Part shown: positions 22,517-30,919 of the stretch, in pieces
Position numbering within the stretch: position 1 is the first letter of the stretch
Layout of the letters: the number at the start of each line of letters is the position of its first letter
Source of the DNA: Bryobacteraceae bacterium
GTDB lineage: Bacteria > Acidobacteriota > Terriglobia > Bryobacterales > Bryobacteraceae
Assembly: GCA_052148435.1 (NCBI GenBank)
Contig: JBKQIF010000055.1
Span: 3,309-67,308 of the forward strand
DNA: 64,000 nt
Reading direction: 5' to 3'
Notes under the pieces: generated by a model
Seen by the model: only the letters and a program-made list of their open reading frames with translations
Told to the model about the DNA's origin: nothing
The model's database searches: none
Made by a program: the position numbers and the translations under genes

Positions 22517-23206
22517 TTGCGGCTGGACGCTCATCAGCACTTCACCCCCGAACATCTTCCGGAGCATTTTGAGCCGATCCTGAAGCGCAACCGCTTCGAC
22601 GGCTCGATCGCGGTTGCCGCGAGTGCGCAGGATGGGGCGCAACTGCTCGAAATCTCGACGCGCTTCGACTTCATACGCGGGGTGGTCGCGCGGGGCGAGC
22701 CCGAAGAGATTCGGGCCTGGCGCGCGCATCCCAAACTGCGCGGGGTGGTGGGGCTGCCGTCCTGGCCGGTGAGCGTCTTCGAGCAGATCGCCCGGTGGGG
22801 GCTGCCGGTGGAGTTGGAAGATCTATCCCTGGCAATCGAGGTGGGACGCCGGGTGCCGTCTCTGCGCGTGGCGATCGTCCACCTGGGCCTGCCGGAGGAG
22901 TGCGCGGATTGGGAGCGCGCCATGGAAGAGGCCGCGCGCAACCCGCGATTTACTTCGAAGGCGAGCGGCCTGATCACGCACGGACCGAAACCGTGGAACG
23001 CGGCCCGCTTTCGCCCCTGGGTGCAGCACGCGCTGGCGGTATTCGGCCGGGAGCGGGTGATGTTCGGCAGCGATTGGCCGCGCACCTTGCCGGATAACGT
23101 CTGGAAAGAAGCCCTGGCCGCCTTCACGCAGGCCATCGGCGCGCAGTCCATGGAAACGCGCGAGTGGCTGCTGGGCGGCGCTGCGGCGAGGTTTTACGGA
23201 ATTTAG
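22517..23206 (+). CDS. Amidohydrolase-2 family (metal-dependent TIM-barrel hydrolase)
   Basis: A TTG start directly abuts the upstream stop. N-terminal LDAHQHF metal-binding motif and C-terminal MFGSDWP motif. Confidence 0.7.
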   Translation: MRLDAHQHFTPEHLPEHFEPILKRNRFDGSIAVAASAQDGAQLLEISTRFDFIRGVVARGEPEEIRAWRAHPKLRGVVGLPSWPVSVFEQIARWGLPVELEDLSLAIEVGRRVPSLRVAIVHLGLPEECADWERAMEEAARNPRFTSKASGLITHGPKPWNAARFRPWVQHALAVFGRERVMFGSDWPRTLPDNVWKEALAAFTQAIGAQSMETREWLLGGAAARFYGI

Positions 23207-23208
23207 CT

Positions 23209-23252
23209 GTGGCGGAGGCTTTCAGATCCCACAGGCCAAAGCCTGTGCCACC
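23209..23252. repeat. REP-like family A copy
   Basis: GTGGCGGAGGCTTTCAGATCCCACAGGCCAAAGCCTGTGCCACC contains the hairpin CACAGGC-CAAA-GCCTGTG followed by GCCACC. Confidence 0.6.
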
Positions 23253-23415
23253 GGGGTCGAGTGGCCGGCCGCTCAACTGTGCGGTTGACACCGGAAGAGC
23301 ATACGAAGGCCATAAGGGGGCGATCCGGATTCCAGAATAGATTCAATGGTTCCGGCACGGACGGGCAGTAAATAGCGGACACACGAACAAGCTGTAGAAA
23401 TAAGAATCTAATAAC

Positions 23416-23450
23416 GGGGCAGGAGCTTCCGTTTCGGATGGTCCCGCCCC
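23416..23450 (-). terminator. Rho-independent terminator of the PEP-CTERM protein gene
   Basis: On the minus strand, GGGGCGGGAC...(loop)...CTCCTGCCCC is followed by GTTATTAGATTCTTATTTC, 27 nt after the stop. Confidence 0.6.
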
Positions 23451-23476
23451 GCTGAAGCTGAACGGCCGCTAAGCGG

Positions 23477-24181
23477 CTAAGCGATGCTGCGGCGGCGGAG
23501 CCGGAAGCAGCCGAAGAGCAGGCAGATTCCGCCGGAGACGAAAAACAGAGTGCCGGGTTCCGGTGTGTTCGGCGTCACCGTAACGGTGGCGGTGGCCGAG
23601 TACGAATTGGTGAGGCTTCCAGACGATTGAAACAACCCCAGCTCGGTTTGGAACGGCGCGCCAAACTGCGCGGTGAAAATCGCATTCCAGGTGCTGAGGC
23701 CGTCGCTGGTAACGCCGGTGACAGCCCATTCCACCGAAGATTGACCGCCGGAGCCTTCGGAGAAAGTAAAGGGCGACCCCAGCACCGGCGCCAAATAGTC
23801 AGGCGTGCATGTGGACCCGGGCCCGGTCGCCGCGCTGCATGTGGCTAAGGTCGTATTTGAGCTCGTGCCACCATAGACCTCGTCGATGTTCAACGTGGTG
23901 GGTATGCCGGTAATCGATATGAAGGCCGCTGGGGCGAATACGGTGTTCACCGTTTCATTCGCAATGCTTTGGATGCTCTCTGACCCGGAGAGTCCGGTAA
24001 ACGAACCCGTTCCCCCTGTAATCGTGAATTCGTTCGCAGCACTACCCAACTGGTCGCTGTAAAAATTTATGCCCGTCGCGGTCGCGGTGACGACGCCAGA
24101 CATGTTGAAAGTTCCCGTGAGCGGCGTTGCCATGGCGGCACCTACACACAACGTGGCTACCGCTGCTATTGCTAATCGCAT
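23477..24181 (-). CDS. PEP-CTERM sorting-domain secreted protein
   Basis: Signal peptide MRLAIAAVATLCVGAAMA. The C-terminus TPEPGTLFFVSGGICLLFGCFRLRRRSIA has the PEP motif, a TM helix and a basic tail. Confidence 0.85.
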   Translation of the reverse strand: MRLAIAAVATLCVGAAMATPLTGTFNMSGVVTATATGINFYSDQLGSAANEFTITGGTGSFTGLSGSESIQSIANETVNTVFAPAAFISITGIPTTLNIDEVYGGTSSNTTLATCSAATGPGSTCTPDYLAPVLGSPFTFSEGSGGQSSVEWAVTGVTSDGLSTWNAIFTAQFGAPFQTELGLFQSSGSLTNSYSATATVTVTPNTPEPGTLFFVSGGICLLFGCFRLRRRSIA

Positions 24182-24324
24182 TGAGTTTCTGTCTCCTCCT
24201 GAACCGTCCTGATGGACCGGTACTCAATTATTGTGCCACTGGAATTAACTAAAGTCTAGTGCCAACCATAGGGAAAATCTGGTTTAGTACTGGGTTGTTT
24301 GGTGCGAGAAAGGACACATCCCGC

Positions 24325-25998
24325 TCAAACCAACTTCGCAGTGTATTCCGTCTCACATTCCGGCAAAAACACACCCTCTCCCCTTGCCCGAGCTCCGACG
24401 TACCGGCCTGGAGAAAGTACGTCGTTAGGGTCGAAAGATTGCTTGAGGCGCTGGAGAAGGGCGGTATAGGAATCGGAACCGTGCATGGCATACATGGAAG
24501 CGATGCTAAGCCGGTAGGAGTGGTAACCGTTCGCCGCCAGGGTACGGAGCAAGGCGTGATAGCAGGTGGAGGCGCGTTCGTCCTCACCAGGCACGTCGCG
24601 GTCGTAGGCCAGGGAAATGATGCAGGCGAGGGTGCGGTCCGTGATCTGGGTCAGCGAGATGGCGGGCTCGAAGCCTTGCTCCAGGATCAATTCGCCGGCT
24701 AGCGCGGTGAGCCGCTCGGCGTGATTGCCATCGGCCGGGGCCACGGGGCTGCACCAGTAGAGGCCGCAGCCGTCGCGGTCCGGGTCCATGTGCGCGGGAG
24801 GGGGCGTACGTTTACGCCAGTAGGTGCTTGCCAGGGGATGGTCGGTGGGGATACCGCGCATCAGCCCGTACACCGGCTTCAGCACGGCCAGCATGCGCGT
24901 CAGGTTCCAGCCGGTGAAGAACTGATACGGTTTCGCGAACATCGAAGCCAGGCGCAGGGTACGGTCGTCGAGGAACTGCAAGCGGCTGGCTTTTCCCGCC
25001 AGCGCCCGGCGCAACAAGCGGCGAGCTTCCTTCACCTGCGCCTTGGTGCCATAAAGAGCGCCCGATCCGTTCCAGATGCCAATCTTCAACTCGTCGCGCA
25101 GTTTCGCCATCAGGGGACCGCGCAGAGGGGTTTGCTGGTCCGCCTCATCCCAAGGGTATTGCCGCAGCGCGGAGACCACCTTGTAGTCGTTGGCGATATG
25201 CGAGGCGCTGCGAATGGTGCCGTCCAGACGCAGGGGGCGCAGGGCATCGATCAGGGGGCCCAATGCCGCGGCATTTTCGCAGCGGAAGTAGTATGCCTGG
25301 AAGTATTCGGGCGCGGGCATGAGCCACATGGTCATGCGGGTAACCACGCCAAAATTGGACTGCGAGAACAGGCCGTCGAGCACCGGTCCGACGCCCCAGC
25401 GGTAGACCGGCGCGGCATGCGAACCGGCAAAGCGGGAGAATCCGGTTTCGATGGTTTCTCCGGTAGGGAGCACGACCTCCAGGCCGCAGGTATGGGCGAA
25501 ATGGTCGCCATAGGGCGTGTGGCCGAAGCCCCGCTCGACGGCGTTTCCGACGAGGCTGGACTGGGGGCTGGCACCGGTTGCATCCATCCAGAGCCGCGAC
25601 CCCTGCTGCTGCAGGAATGCATACAATTGTTCTTGCGTGACCCCCGGCTCCAGGGTGACGTAGGCCAGTTTCTCGTCGAAATCGAGGATCCGGTTCATGC
25701 GGCCCAAGTCGAGCACGACCGAGCCACCCGTAACCGGGACACGGGACCCGTATCCCCAATTCTTGCCGGAACTAATGGGATAGACCGGAATCCCAAAGCG
25801 ATTGGCCACGCGAAGACACTGCCGCACTTCGGAAGTATTGGCGGGACGAACGATGGCGGGGACGCGGCTCCAGGTCTGAAAGGTGGTGGTTTCGGTTTCG
25901 CTGAGCGCGGCCGGGGCGGTGACGACGTGATCCGGGCCAACGGCCGCGGCCCATTCCGTCAGAGCGGAATCGAAAAGTAAGTCGGTCGATCTCGTCAT
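24325..25998 (-). CDS. FAD-linked oxidase of the VAO/PCMH (vanillyl-alcohol oxidase / p-cresol methylhydroxylase) type
   Basis: FAD_binding_4-like N-terminus (AIVRPANTSEVRQCLRVANRFGIPVYPISSGKNWGYGS...) and a C-terminal cap ending DPNDVLSPGRY. The SSGKNWGYG motif resembles the VAO/PCMH PP-loop region. Confidence 0.75.
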   Translation of the reverse strand: MTRSTDLLFDSALTEWAAAVGPDHVVTAPAALSETETTTFQTWSRVPAIVRPANTSEVRQCLRVANRFGIPVYPISSGKNWGYGSRVPVTGGSVVLDLGRMNRILDFDEKLAYVTLEPGVTQEQLYAFLQQQGSRLWMDATGASPQSSLVGNAVERGFGHTPYGDHFAHTCGLEVVLPTGETIETGFSRFAGSHAAPVYRWGVGPVLDGLFSQSNFGVVTRMTMWLMPAPEYFQAYYFRCENAAALGPLIDALRPLRLDGTIRSASHIANDYKVVSALRQYPWDEADQQTPLRGPLMAKLRDELKIGIWNGSGALYGTKAQVKEARRLLRRALAGKASRLQFLDDRTLRLASMFAKPYQFFTGWNLTRMLAVLKPVYGLMRGIPTDHPLASTYWRKRTPPPAHMDPDRDGCGLYWCSPVAPADGNHAERLTALAGELILEQGFEPAISLTQITDRTLACIISLAYDRDVPGEDERASTCYHALLRTLAANGYHSYRLSIASMYAMHGSDSYTALLQRLKQSFDPNDVLSPGRYVGARARGEGVFLPECETEYTAKLV

Positions 25999-26014
25999 AA
26001 GGCGGTGCGGCCTC

Positions 26015-26908
26015 CTAGAAAGCTCCGGCAGGGACGGGGACGGGGACAGGCAGCGCCGGCGAGCGCCATGGAAGCGGCCGCGGCGAGCGACGGGCGTGGT
26101 CCGGCAAGGGGCTCGATATCACTGGAGCCTGAGACAGGCAGGTACCGAGTTCGCCGATCCAAGCCCGGTACTTGGGATTGGGATAGCGGGAATCGAAGCG
26201 CAGAATTTCCATTTCACATCGATACTGCGGATCGTAATAAGGAGGCAGTTCTTCTCCATCCGCCTGTAATGCGGAGAGACCGAGGCGGCGGAGTATGGGC
26301 GCCGAATCATGCCTGCGGGTGGCGGTGGCGAGTCCGGAGCACCCTCCCAGCAATTGCAGGAGTCCGTAGGTACTCAAGATGGTTCGCAAGGGTTCGGCAG
26401 TCAAACGGCGCTCCGGCGAGACTGCCCAGCCTCCGACTTCCCCAAAACCGATTCGCTCCCGTTCGGCCCGGGTCATTTCACGCTCCACTGCCTGACGTAA
26501 TACGGGGCCCCAAACCGCGGAACTCGTCAGGGCGGAATGGCGGAGCCAGAGCTCGTCGAATCTGGTGCAGTTTCCTTCCGGAAAAAAGCGTAAACAAGCC
26601 ACTATGGCACCGGCCTTATTCAATGTAAGCACGTGCCAACTGTATTCGTCGATCACGAGTCTGTGGCGGCCATCAGCCGTCAATTCGTCGGGCAGAATGG
26701 CATGGTCCTCAAGATAAACGGAGCCGCGAAAGCGTTGCATCTCCGCAAGCAAGTTGGAGCGCAGGGCGCCGTTCCGTTCTATGTGCTTGAAAACAGGAGG
26801 AACTTCGGTTGCAACAGGACATAGAACCACCGGGGAGAACCCCGTTGAAGCAAAAGAGCTGATAATAGATCTCACCGGTAGATTTCTCCAAAAAAGGCAT
26901 TTGCCCAA
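26015..26908 (-). CDS. LuxI/OlsB-like N-acyltransferase (autoinducer-synthase / Acetyltransf_5 superfamily candidate); start uncertain
   Basis: LAEMQRFRGSVYLEDHAILPDELTADGRHRLVIDEYSWHVLTLNKAGAIVACLRF follows the LR..VF..e.g....D.(F/Y)D...H.l....g.vv...R pattern of acyl-HSL / N-acyl amino acid synthases. A later GFGEVGGWAVSPERR aligns with the E.SR.av..R active-site strand. The gene ends 16 nt before the flavoprotein gene. Alternative GTG start at 26830. Confidence 0.5.
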   Translation of the reverse strand: MGKCLFWRNLPVRSIISSFASTGFSPVVLCPVATEVPPVFKHIERNGALRSNLLAEMQRFRGSVYLEDHAILPDELTADGRHRLVIDEYSWHVLTLNKAGAIVACLRFFPEGNCTRFDELWLRHSALTSSAVWGPVLRQAVEREMTRAERERIGFGEVGGWAVSPERRLTAEPLRTILSTYGLLQLLGGCSGLATATRRHDSAPILRRLGLSALQADGEELPPYYDPQYRCEMEILRFDSRYPNPKYRAWIGELGTCLSQAPVISSPLPDHARRSPRPLPWRSPALPVPVPVPAGAF

Positions 26909-27240
26909 TGTCGCCTTTCGGTCGGAATTGAAACCTGCGAGAAAGCGTAAACTCTATGAAAGCCGGCCCTAAAAAAGGCGCATTTATATCCTAGTTCGCC
27001 CTTGCAGCAAATGTCTGCCCTGAAAAAAGACAGTATTAGTTAGGAAGGCAAGATAACTATTCGGGGCGAAATTGTGTTAATTTTTACAAACTCTCTAATT
27101 TGTGAAGAAAGAAACAGTGCAATTGATCGGCCAACCTGGGGTGCTCTGAACAAGAGTCTTGCGGGTGGTTCCGAGAACCTTTTACACTTCTTTGGAATGC
27201 ACCTTTTACACGGTTATCCAGGATGACACGATCCCCCCAA
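26909..27240. promoter_or_regulatory. Unusually A/T-rich 332-bp intergenic region upstream of the acyltransferase operon, with an 11-bp direct repeat
   Basis: No credible ORF. ACCTTTTACAC occurs at 27177-27187 and again at 27201-27211 (24-bp period). The composition is visibly far more A/T-rich than the flanking DNA. Confidence 0.45.
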
Positions 27241-27702
27241 TTACACCGGGAGCTGGCCGCTACCCTGGCCACGGAAGCGGGAGCGGGGTTGGGGGTGCTC
27301 GCGGCGGAGATCGAGGAGCAGCTTCATGACGCGTTGTTCGATTTCGTCGCGCACCTGGCAGTGCTTGTCGTAATCCATGGCGACGGGGTCGGGCACTTCC
27401 CATTCTTCGACGGGCGCCTTCAGGTCTTGGCGCAAGGGCACGCCGCTGATGTTGACGACGGCATCGAATTGTACGCGGGCGAGCTGGCGCAGGGTCTTGG
27501 GAAAATGTTCGCTCAAGTCGATGTTCTTTTCGCGCATGGCGCGGATGGTATCGGAGGCCACGCGAGTGGCCGGTGCGAGACCGGCGCTGGCCGCAATCAG
27601 GACGTCGGACCCATAGTGGCGGGCGAACCCCTCGGCCATTTGGCTGCGGCAGGCGTTGCCGATGCACACAAACAGAACGCGTTTTTTGTCGCGGCCGCTC
27701 AC
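27241..27702 (-). CDS. Low-molecular-weight phosphotyrosine phosphatase / ArsC-family phosphatase
   Basis: P-loop VLFVCIGNACRSQMAEG (CX5R-S) and a distal VPDPV Asp loop. The GTG start overlaps the pdxT stop (GTGA). The remaining upstream part of the 268-aa track ORF overlaps pdxT and was discarded. Confidence 0.8.
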   Translation of the reverse strand: MSGRDKKRVLFVCIGNACRSQMAEGFARHYGSDVLIAASAGLAPATRVASDTIRAMREKNIDLSEHFPKTLRQLARVQFDAVVNISGVPLRQDLKAPVEEWEVPDPVAMDYDKHCQVRDEIEQRVMKLLLDLRREHPQPRSRFRGQGSGQLPV

Positions 27703-28277
27703 AGTTTCTCCAGGAAAAGGGCGTGCACGCGGGGATCGGCGCTCAATTCGGGATGGAAGGTGGCGGCCAGGTGGCGGCCCTGCTCGACCAGCACCGGGTC
27801 GCCGTGGTATTCCGCCAGAACTCGAACGGAAGGGCCGAGCCGGCGGATGATGGGAGCGCGGATGAAAACGGCTTCCAGCTTGCCGGGGGCGGTGCGGGAT
27901 TCGAATTCCGGCTCGACCTCGATTTCCACCACGCGGCTGTCGATCTGCCGCCCGTAGGCGTTCCGTTCCACTCCGATATCCATCAGCCCCAGCGACTCCT
28001 GCGCGGGATGGGAGACGTCGCTGGCAATCAGGATGGCCCCGGCGCACGTGCCGAAAACGGGCTTCTCCCGTCCAAACGCGGCTAGGGGCTCCATAAGATT
28101 ATCGTAGCGAAGAAGCTTGAGCATGGTGGTGCTCTCACCGCCGGGAATCACCAGGCCGTCGATCCGGCCGAATTGTTCCCGGCTGCGCACAAAGACGGCG
28201 CGGGCGCCGGCGCGAACGATAGCCGCGCCGTGCGCCGCGAAATCGCCCTGCAGCGCCAGGACGCCGACCTGCTTCAT
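27699..28277 (-). CDS. pdxT: Pyridoxal 5'-phosphate synthase glutaminase subunit PdxT
   Basis: [16 protein letters not shown]...GLVIPGGESTTM...PVFGTCAGAILIA...ATFHPELS is the PdxT/SNO class I glutamine amidotransferase. The start overlaps the pdxS stop by 1 nt. Confidence 0.92.
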   Translation of the reverse strand: MKQVGVLALQGDFAAHGAAIVRAGARAVFVRSREQFGRIDGLVIPGGESTTMLKLLRYDNLMEPLAAFGREKPVFGTCAGAILIASDVSHPAQESLGLMDIGVERNAYGRQIDSRVVEIEVEPEFESRTAPGKLEAVFIRAPIIRRLGPSVRVLAEYHGDPVLVEQGRHLAATFHPELSADPRVHALFLEKL

Positions 28278-29167
28278 TACCAGCCCCGGGTCTGCATCAG
28301 CTCCGATTCGGGCAGTTTGGAGATGTCCAGGCCGGGCATGGCGTCACCCAGGGCGCGGCTGGCGGCGAGCAGTTTTTCGGGGTCGAGGTAGTTCTTGGCA
28401 GCCTGCACGATGGCGGTGGCGCGGGCCGCCGGATCGGAGGATTTGAAGATGCCGGAACCGACGAAAACGGCTTCGGCGCCGAGCTGCATCACCAGGGCCG
28501 CATCGGCCGGAGTGGCAATGCCGCCCGCCGAAAAATTCGGTACCGGGAGCTGGCCATGTTCGGCCACCCATTCGACCAGCTCCAGGGGCGCCCCGAGCTC
28601 CTTGGACTGGTGCACCAGCTCTTCTTTACCGAGCACGGTGAGCTGCTTCATTTGCTTAACGATGGTGCGGATGTGGCGCACCGCTTCGACAATGTTGCCG
28701 GAGCCGGCCTCGCCCTTGGTGCGGATCATGGCGGCGCCTTCGGCAATACGGCGGAGCGCTTCGCCGAGGTTGCGGGCGCCGCAGACGAACGGCACCTTGA
28801 ACGGCGTCTTATTTATATGGTTCTCTTCGTCGGCGGGGGTGAGCACTTCGCTCTCATCGATGTAATCGACGCCGAGCGATTCCAGAATGCGCGCTTCGAC
28901 GAAGTGGCCGATGCGCGCCTTGGCCATCACCGGGATGGTGACGGTGCTCATGATTTTTTCGATGATGGCGATGTTGGCCATGCGGGCGACGCCGCCTTCT
29001 TTACGGATGTCGGCGGGGACGCGCTCCAGAGCCATGACGGCGCTGGCGCCCGCATCTTCGGCGATCTTGGCCTGATCGGCGTTGGTGACGTCCATGATGA
29101 CGCCGCCCTTGAGCATCTCGGCCAATCCGACCTTTAGCCGGAACTGCTCACTGGAGAACTGAAACAT
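28277..29167 (-). CDS. pdxS: Pyridoxal 5'-phosphate synthase lyase subunit PdxS
   Basis: [50 protein letters not shown]...[39 protein letters not shown] is a near-canonical PdxS/SNZ sequence. Confidence 0.95.
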   Translation of the reverse strand: MFQFSSEQFRLKVGLAEMLKGGVIMDVTNADQAKIAEDAGASAVMALERVPADIRKEGGVARMANIAIIEKIMSTVTIPVMAKARIGHFVEARILESLGVDYIDESEVLTPADEENHINKTPFKVPFVCGARNLGEALRRIAEGAAMIRTKGEAGSGNIVEAVRHIRTIVKQMKQLTVLGKEELVHQSKELGAPLELVEWVAEHGQLPVPNFSAGGIATPADAALVMQLGAEAVFVGSGIFKSSDPAARATAIVQAAKNYLDPEKLLAASRALGDAMPGLDISKLPESELMQTRGW

Positions 29168-29204
29168 TTCGTCGTATACCTCCCAATAAAAACGGTTTCG
29201 AACT

Positions 29205-30719
29205 TTAGACCATGGCCGGGGCGGGCTCGTCGTCGCGGACGGCGCCGGCCAGCTCGGCGGAAACGATGCGGCCGAGAATCGACAGTCCCTCGCGGATTTC
29301 CGCCGGCGACAGGCCGGCGAAACTCAGGCGGAGGCCGCCGGGGTCGTGACGCGACACGGCGAAGTAACGCGCCGGCAGGAAACTGACGCCTTCCTTTTGG
29401 GCGCGGCCGAGGAGGGCCGCGGCATCCAGAGGCTCGGGCAGGCGCAGCCAGAGATTCATGCCGCCTTCGGGGGTAGTCCAGCGCGCGCCGGGCGGCAACA
29501 GGTCGCGGCAGGCAGCCAGAGTGGCGCGCAGGCGATCGCGGCCGGCTTCGAGCATACGGGCAAGGTGCGCCGCCAGGCGGCCGGATTCGGCGAACTCCAG
29601 CAGCACGGCTTGAGAGAGCTGGTCGCTATGCAGGTCGGCAGTCTCTTTGGCCTGGCGCAGGCGGTCGAGGAGCGGCTTGGGACCGACCACCCAGCCGACA
29701 CGCAGACCGGGAAAGCTGATTTTAGAAAAGCTGCGGAGCAACACGGTGCCGTCGCCGCGATCGAGCTGCTTCAGGGGCGGGATGGCCTGGCCCTCGTAGC
29801 GCAGGTCGACGTAGGGATCGTTTTCGACCACCGGGACGCGGGCCGCGCGAGCGGCATCGAGCAGGGCGTGACGCGCCGCCAGCGGCAGGGTAGCCCCGGT
29901 GGGATTCTGAAAATTGGGCGTCACCACCAACAGGCGAGGGCGCTCGCGCTGAAGGATGCGGGCCAGCGCCGGCACTTCCAGCCCTTCGGCGGACACCGGA
30001 ACTCCGGCCAGTTGCGCGCCCAAGCCGGCCAGCAAATTCTTCAAACCGGGGTAGATGGGATCCTCGACGGCTACCGTATCGCCGGGCGAGAGAAGGACAC
30101 GGCCGATCAGGTCGAGCGCCTGCTGGCAACCGTTAGTGATGAGCACGTCGTCGTTCGGTCCGGCCAACCCCTGGCGGCGGGCGTCTTCAAGAAGATAACG
30201 CCGCAGCGGTTCATAGCCGCCGGGCGAACCGAGCTGCAAAATGTCGGCCAGGTCGGCATGCTCCAGCACGGCAGCGCAGGTGGCGCGAAATTCGTCCAGG
30301 GGAAACAGGTCGCGAGACGGACGGGAGGTGGCAAAGCTGATGGTCTGGCGGGGCAAGGTGTCGCGGCTGGCTGCCGCACCGTGGCCGGTCGTGCCGGGTT
30401 CGGGGCGGCTGCTCCAATTGACGCCAGCGACGGAGGGACGCGCCGCGGCGCCGGTGACGAAGCTGCCGCGGCCGACATGGCCGCTGATCAGGCCCTCGGT
30501 TTCGAGCATTTCGTAAGCTGCGGAAATCGTGGTGCGGTTCAGGCCAAGCAAGCCAGCCAATTCGCGAGTGGCTGGGAGGCGTTCTCCGGTGGGCAGCTCA
30601 CCGGAGCGGATTCTTGCTGCAATTTGCACAAAAATCTGCCGGTAGAGAGGGATATCGGAGTCATGCCGAAGCTGCGGCGTGAAATCCATCATCCAAAGCA
30701 TACCATATTGGATGGGCAC
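29205..30719 (-). CDS. pdxR: MocR/PdxR-type regulator (GntR wHTH fused to a fold-type I aminotransferase-like domain)
   Basis: N-terminal [55 protein letters not shown] (GntR HTH) plus a ~350-aa AAT-like domain ([14 protein letters not shown] with the lysine). Lies directly upstream of pdxS on the same strand. The symbol is inferred from context. Confidence 0.75.
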   Translation of the reverse strand: MPIQYGMLWMMDFTPQLRHDSDIPLYRQIFVQIAARIRSGELPTGERLPATRELAGLLGLNRTTISAAYEMLETEGLISGHVGRGSFVTGAAARPSVAGVNWSSRPEPGTTGHGAAASRDTLPRQTISFATSRPSRDLFPLDEFRATCAAVLEHADLADILQLGSPGGYEPLRRYLLEDARRQGLAGPNDDVLITNGCQQALDLIGRVLLSPGDTVAVEDPIYPGLKNLLAGLGAQLAGVPVSAEGLEVPALARILQRERPRLLVVTPNFQNPTGATLPLAARHALLDAARAARVPVVENDPYVDLRYEGQAIPPLKQLDRGDGTVLLRSFSKISFPGLRVGWVVGPKPLLDRLRQAKETADLHSDQLSQAVLLEFAESGRLAAHLARMLEAGRDRLRATLAACRDLLPPGARWTTPEGGMNLWLRLPEPLDAAALLGRAQKEGVSFLPARYFAVSRHDPGGLRLSFAGLSPAEIREGLSILGRIVSAELAGAVRDDEPAPAMV

Positions 30720-30919
30720 GATTGGGGCAAGCGGGGCAGCCGGGACTCTACATAAATGGTAGGGCGGTGGACCCGCTGTTCTCCCGGAGAATCAAGCGCT
30801 CACCATCTCCGGCAAGCCGGCCAGGGGGCCGGCTGCAGACCGGGGGTCCGCCCCACCGTGTGTGCCGGGGTTCGAAATTGGGGGCTGAGTGGCTTTGGAC
30901 TGATAACGGTTGGCCAGCG

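Noticed and set aside
21017-22729. 570-aa minus-strand ORF
   Set aside because: Antisense to the CarboxypepD_reg-like and amidohydrolase genes, with Arg/Gly/Ala/His-rich shadow composition.
27241-28047. 268-aa version of the phosphatase ORF
   Set aside because: The N-terminal 115 codons overlap pdxT in another frame and are Arg/Pro/Gly-rich. The phosphatase P-loop begins right after GTG 27702, which overlaps the pdxT stop.
30840-30900. GGTTCGAAA T-loop-like sequence (30869-30877), a possible tRNA or tRNA-fragment att site next to the RM gene
   Set aside because: The flanking bases do not form a T-stem (CCGGG / TGGGG), and I could not build an acceptor or anticodon arm on either strand.
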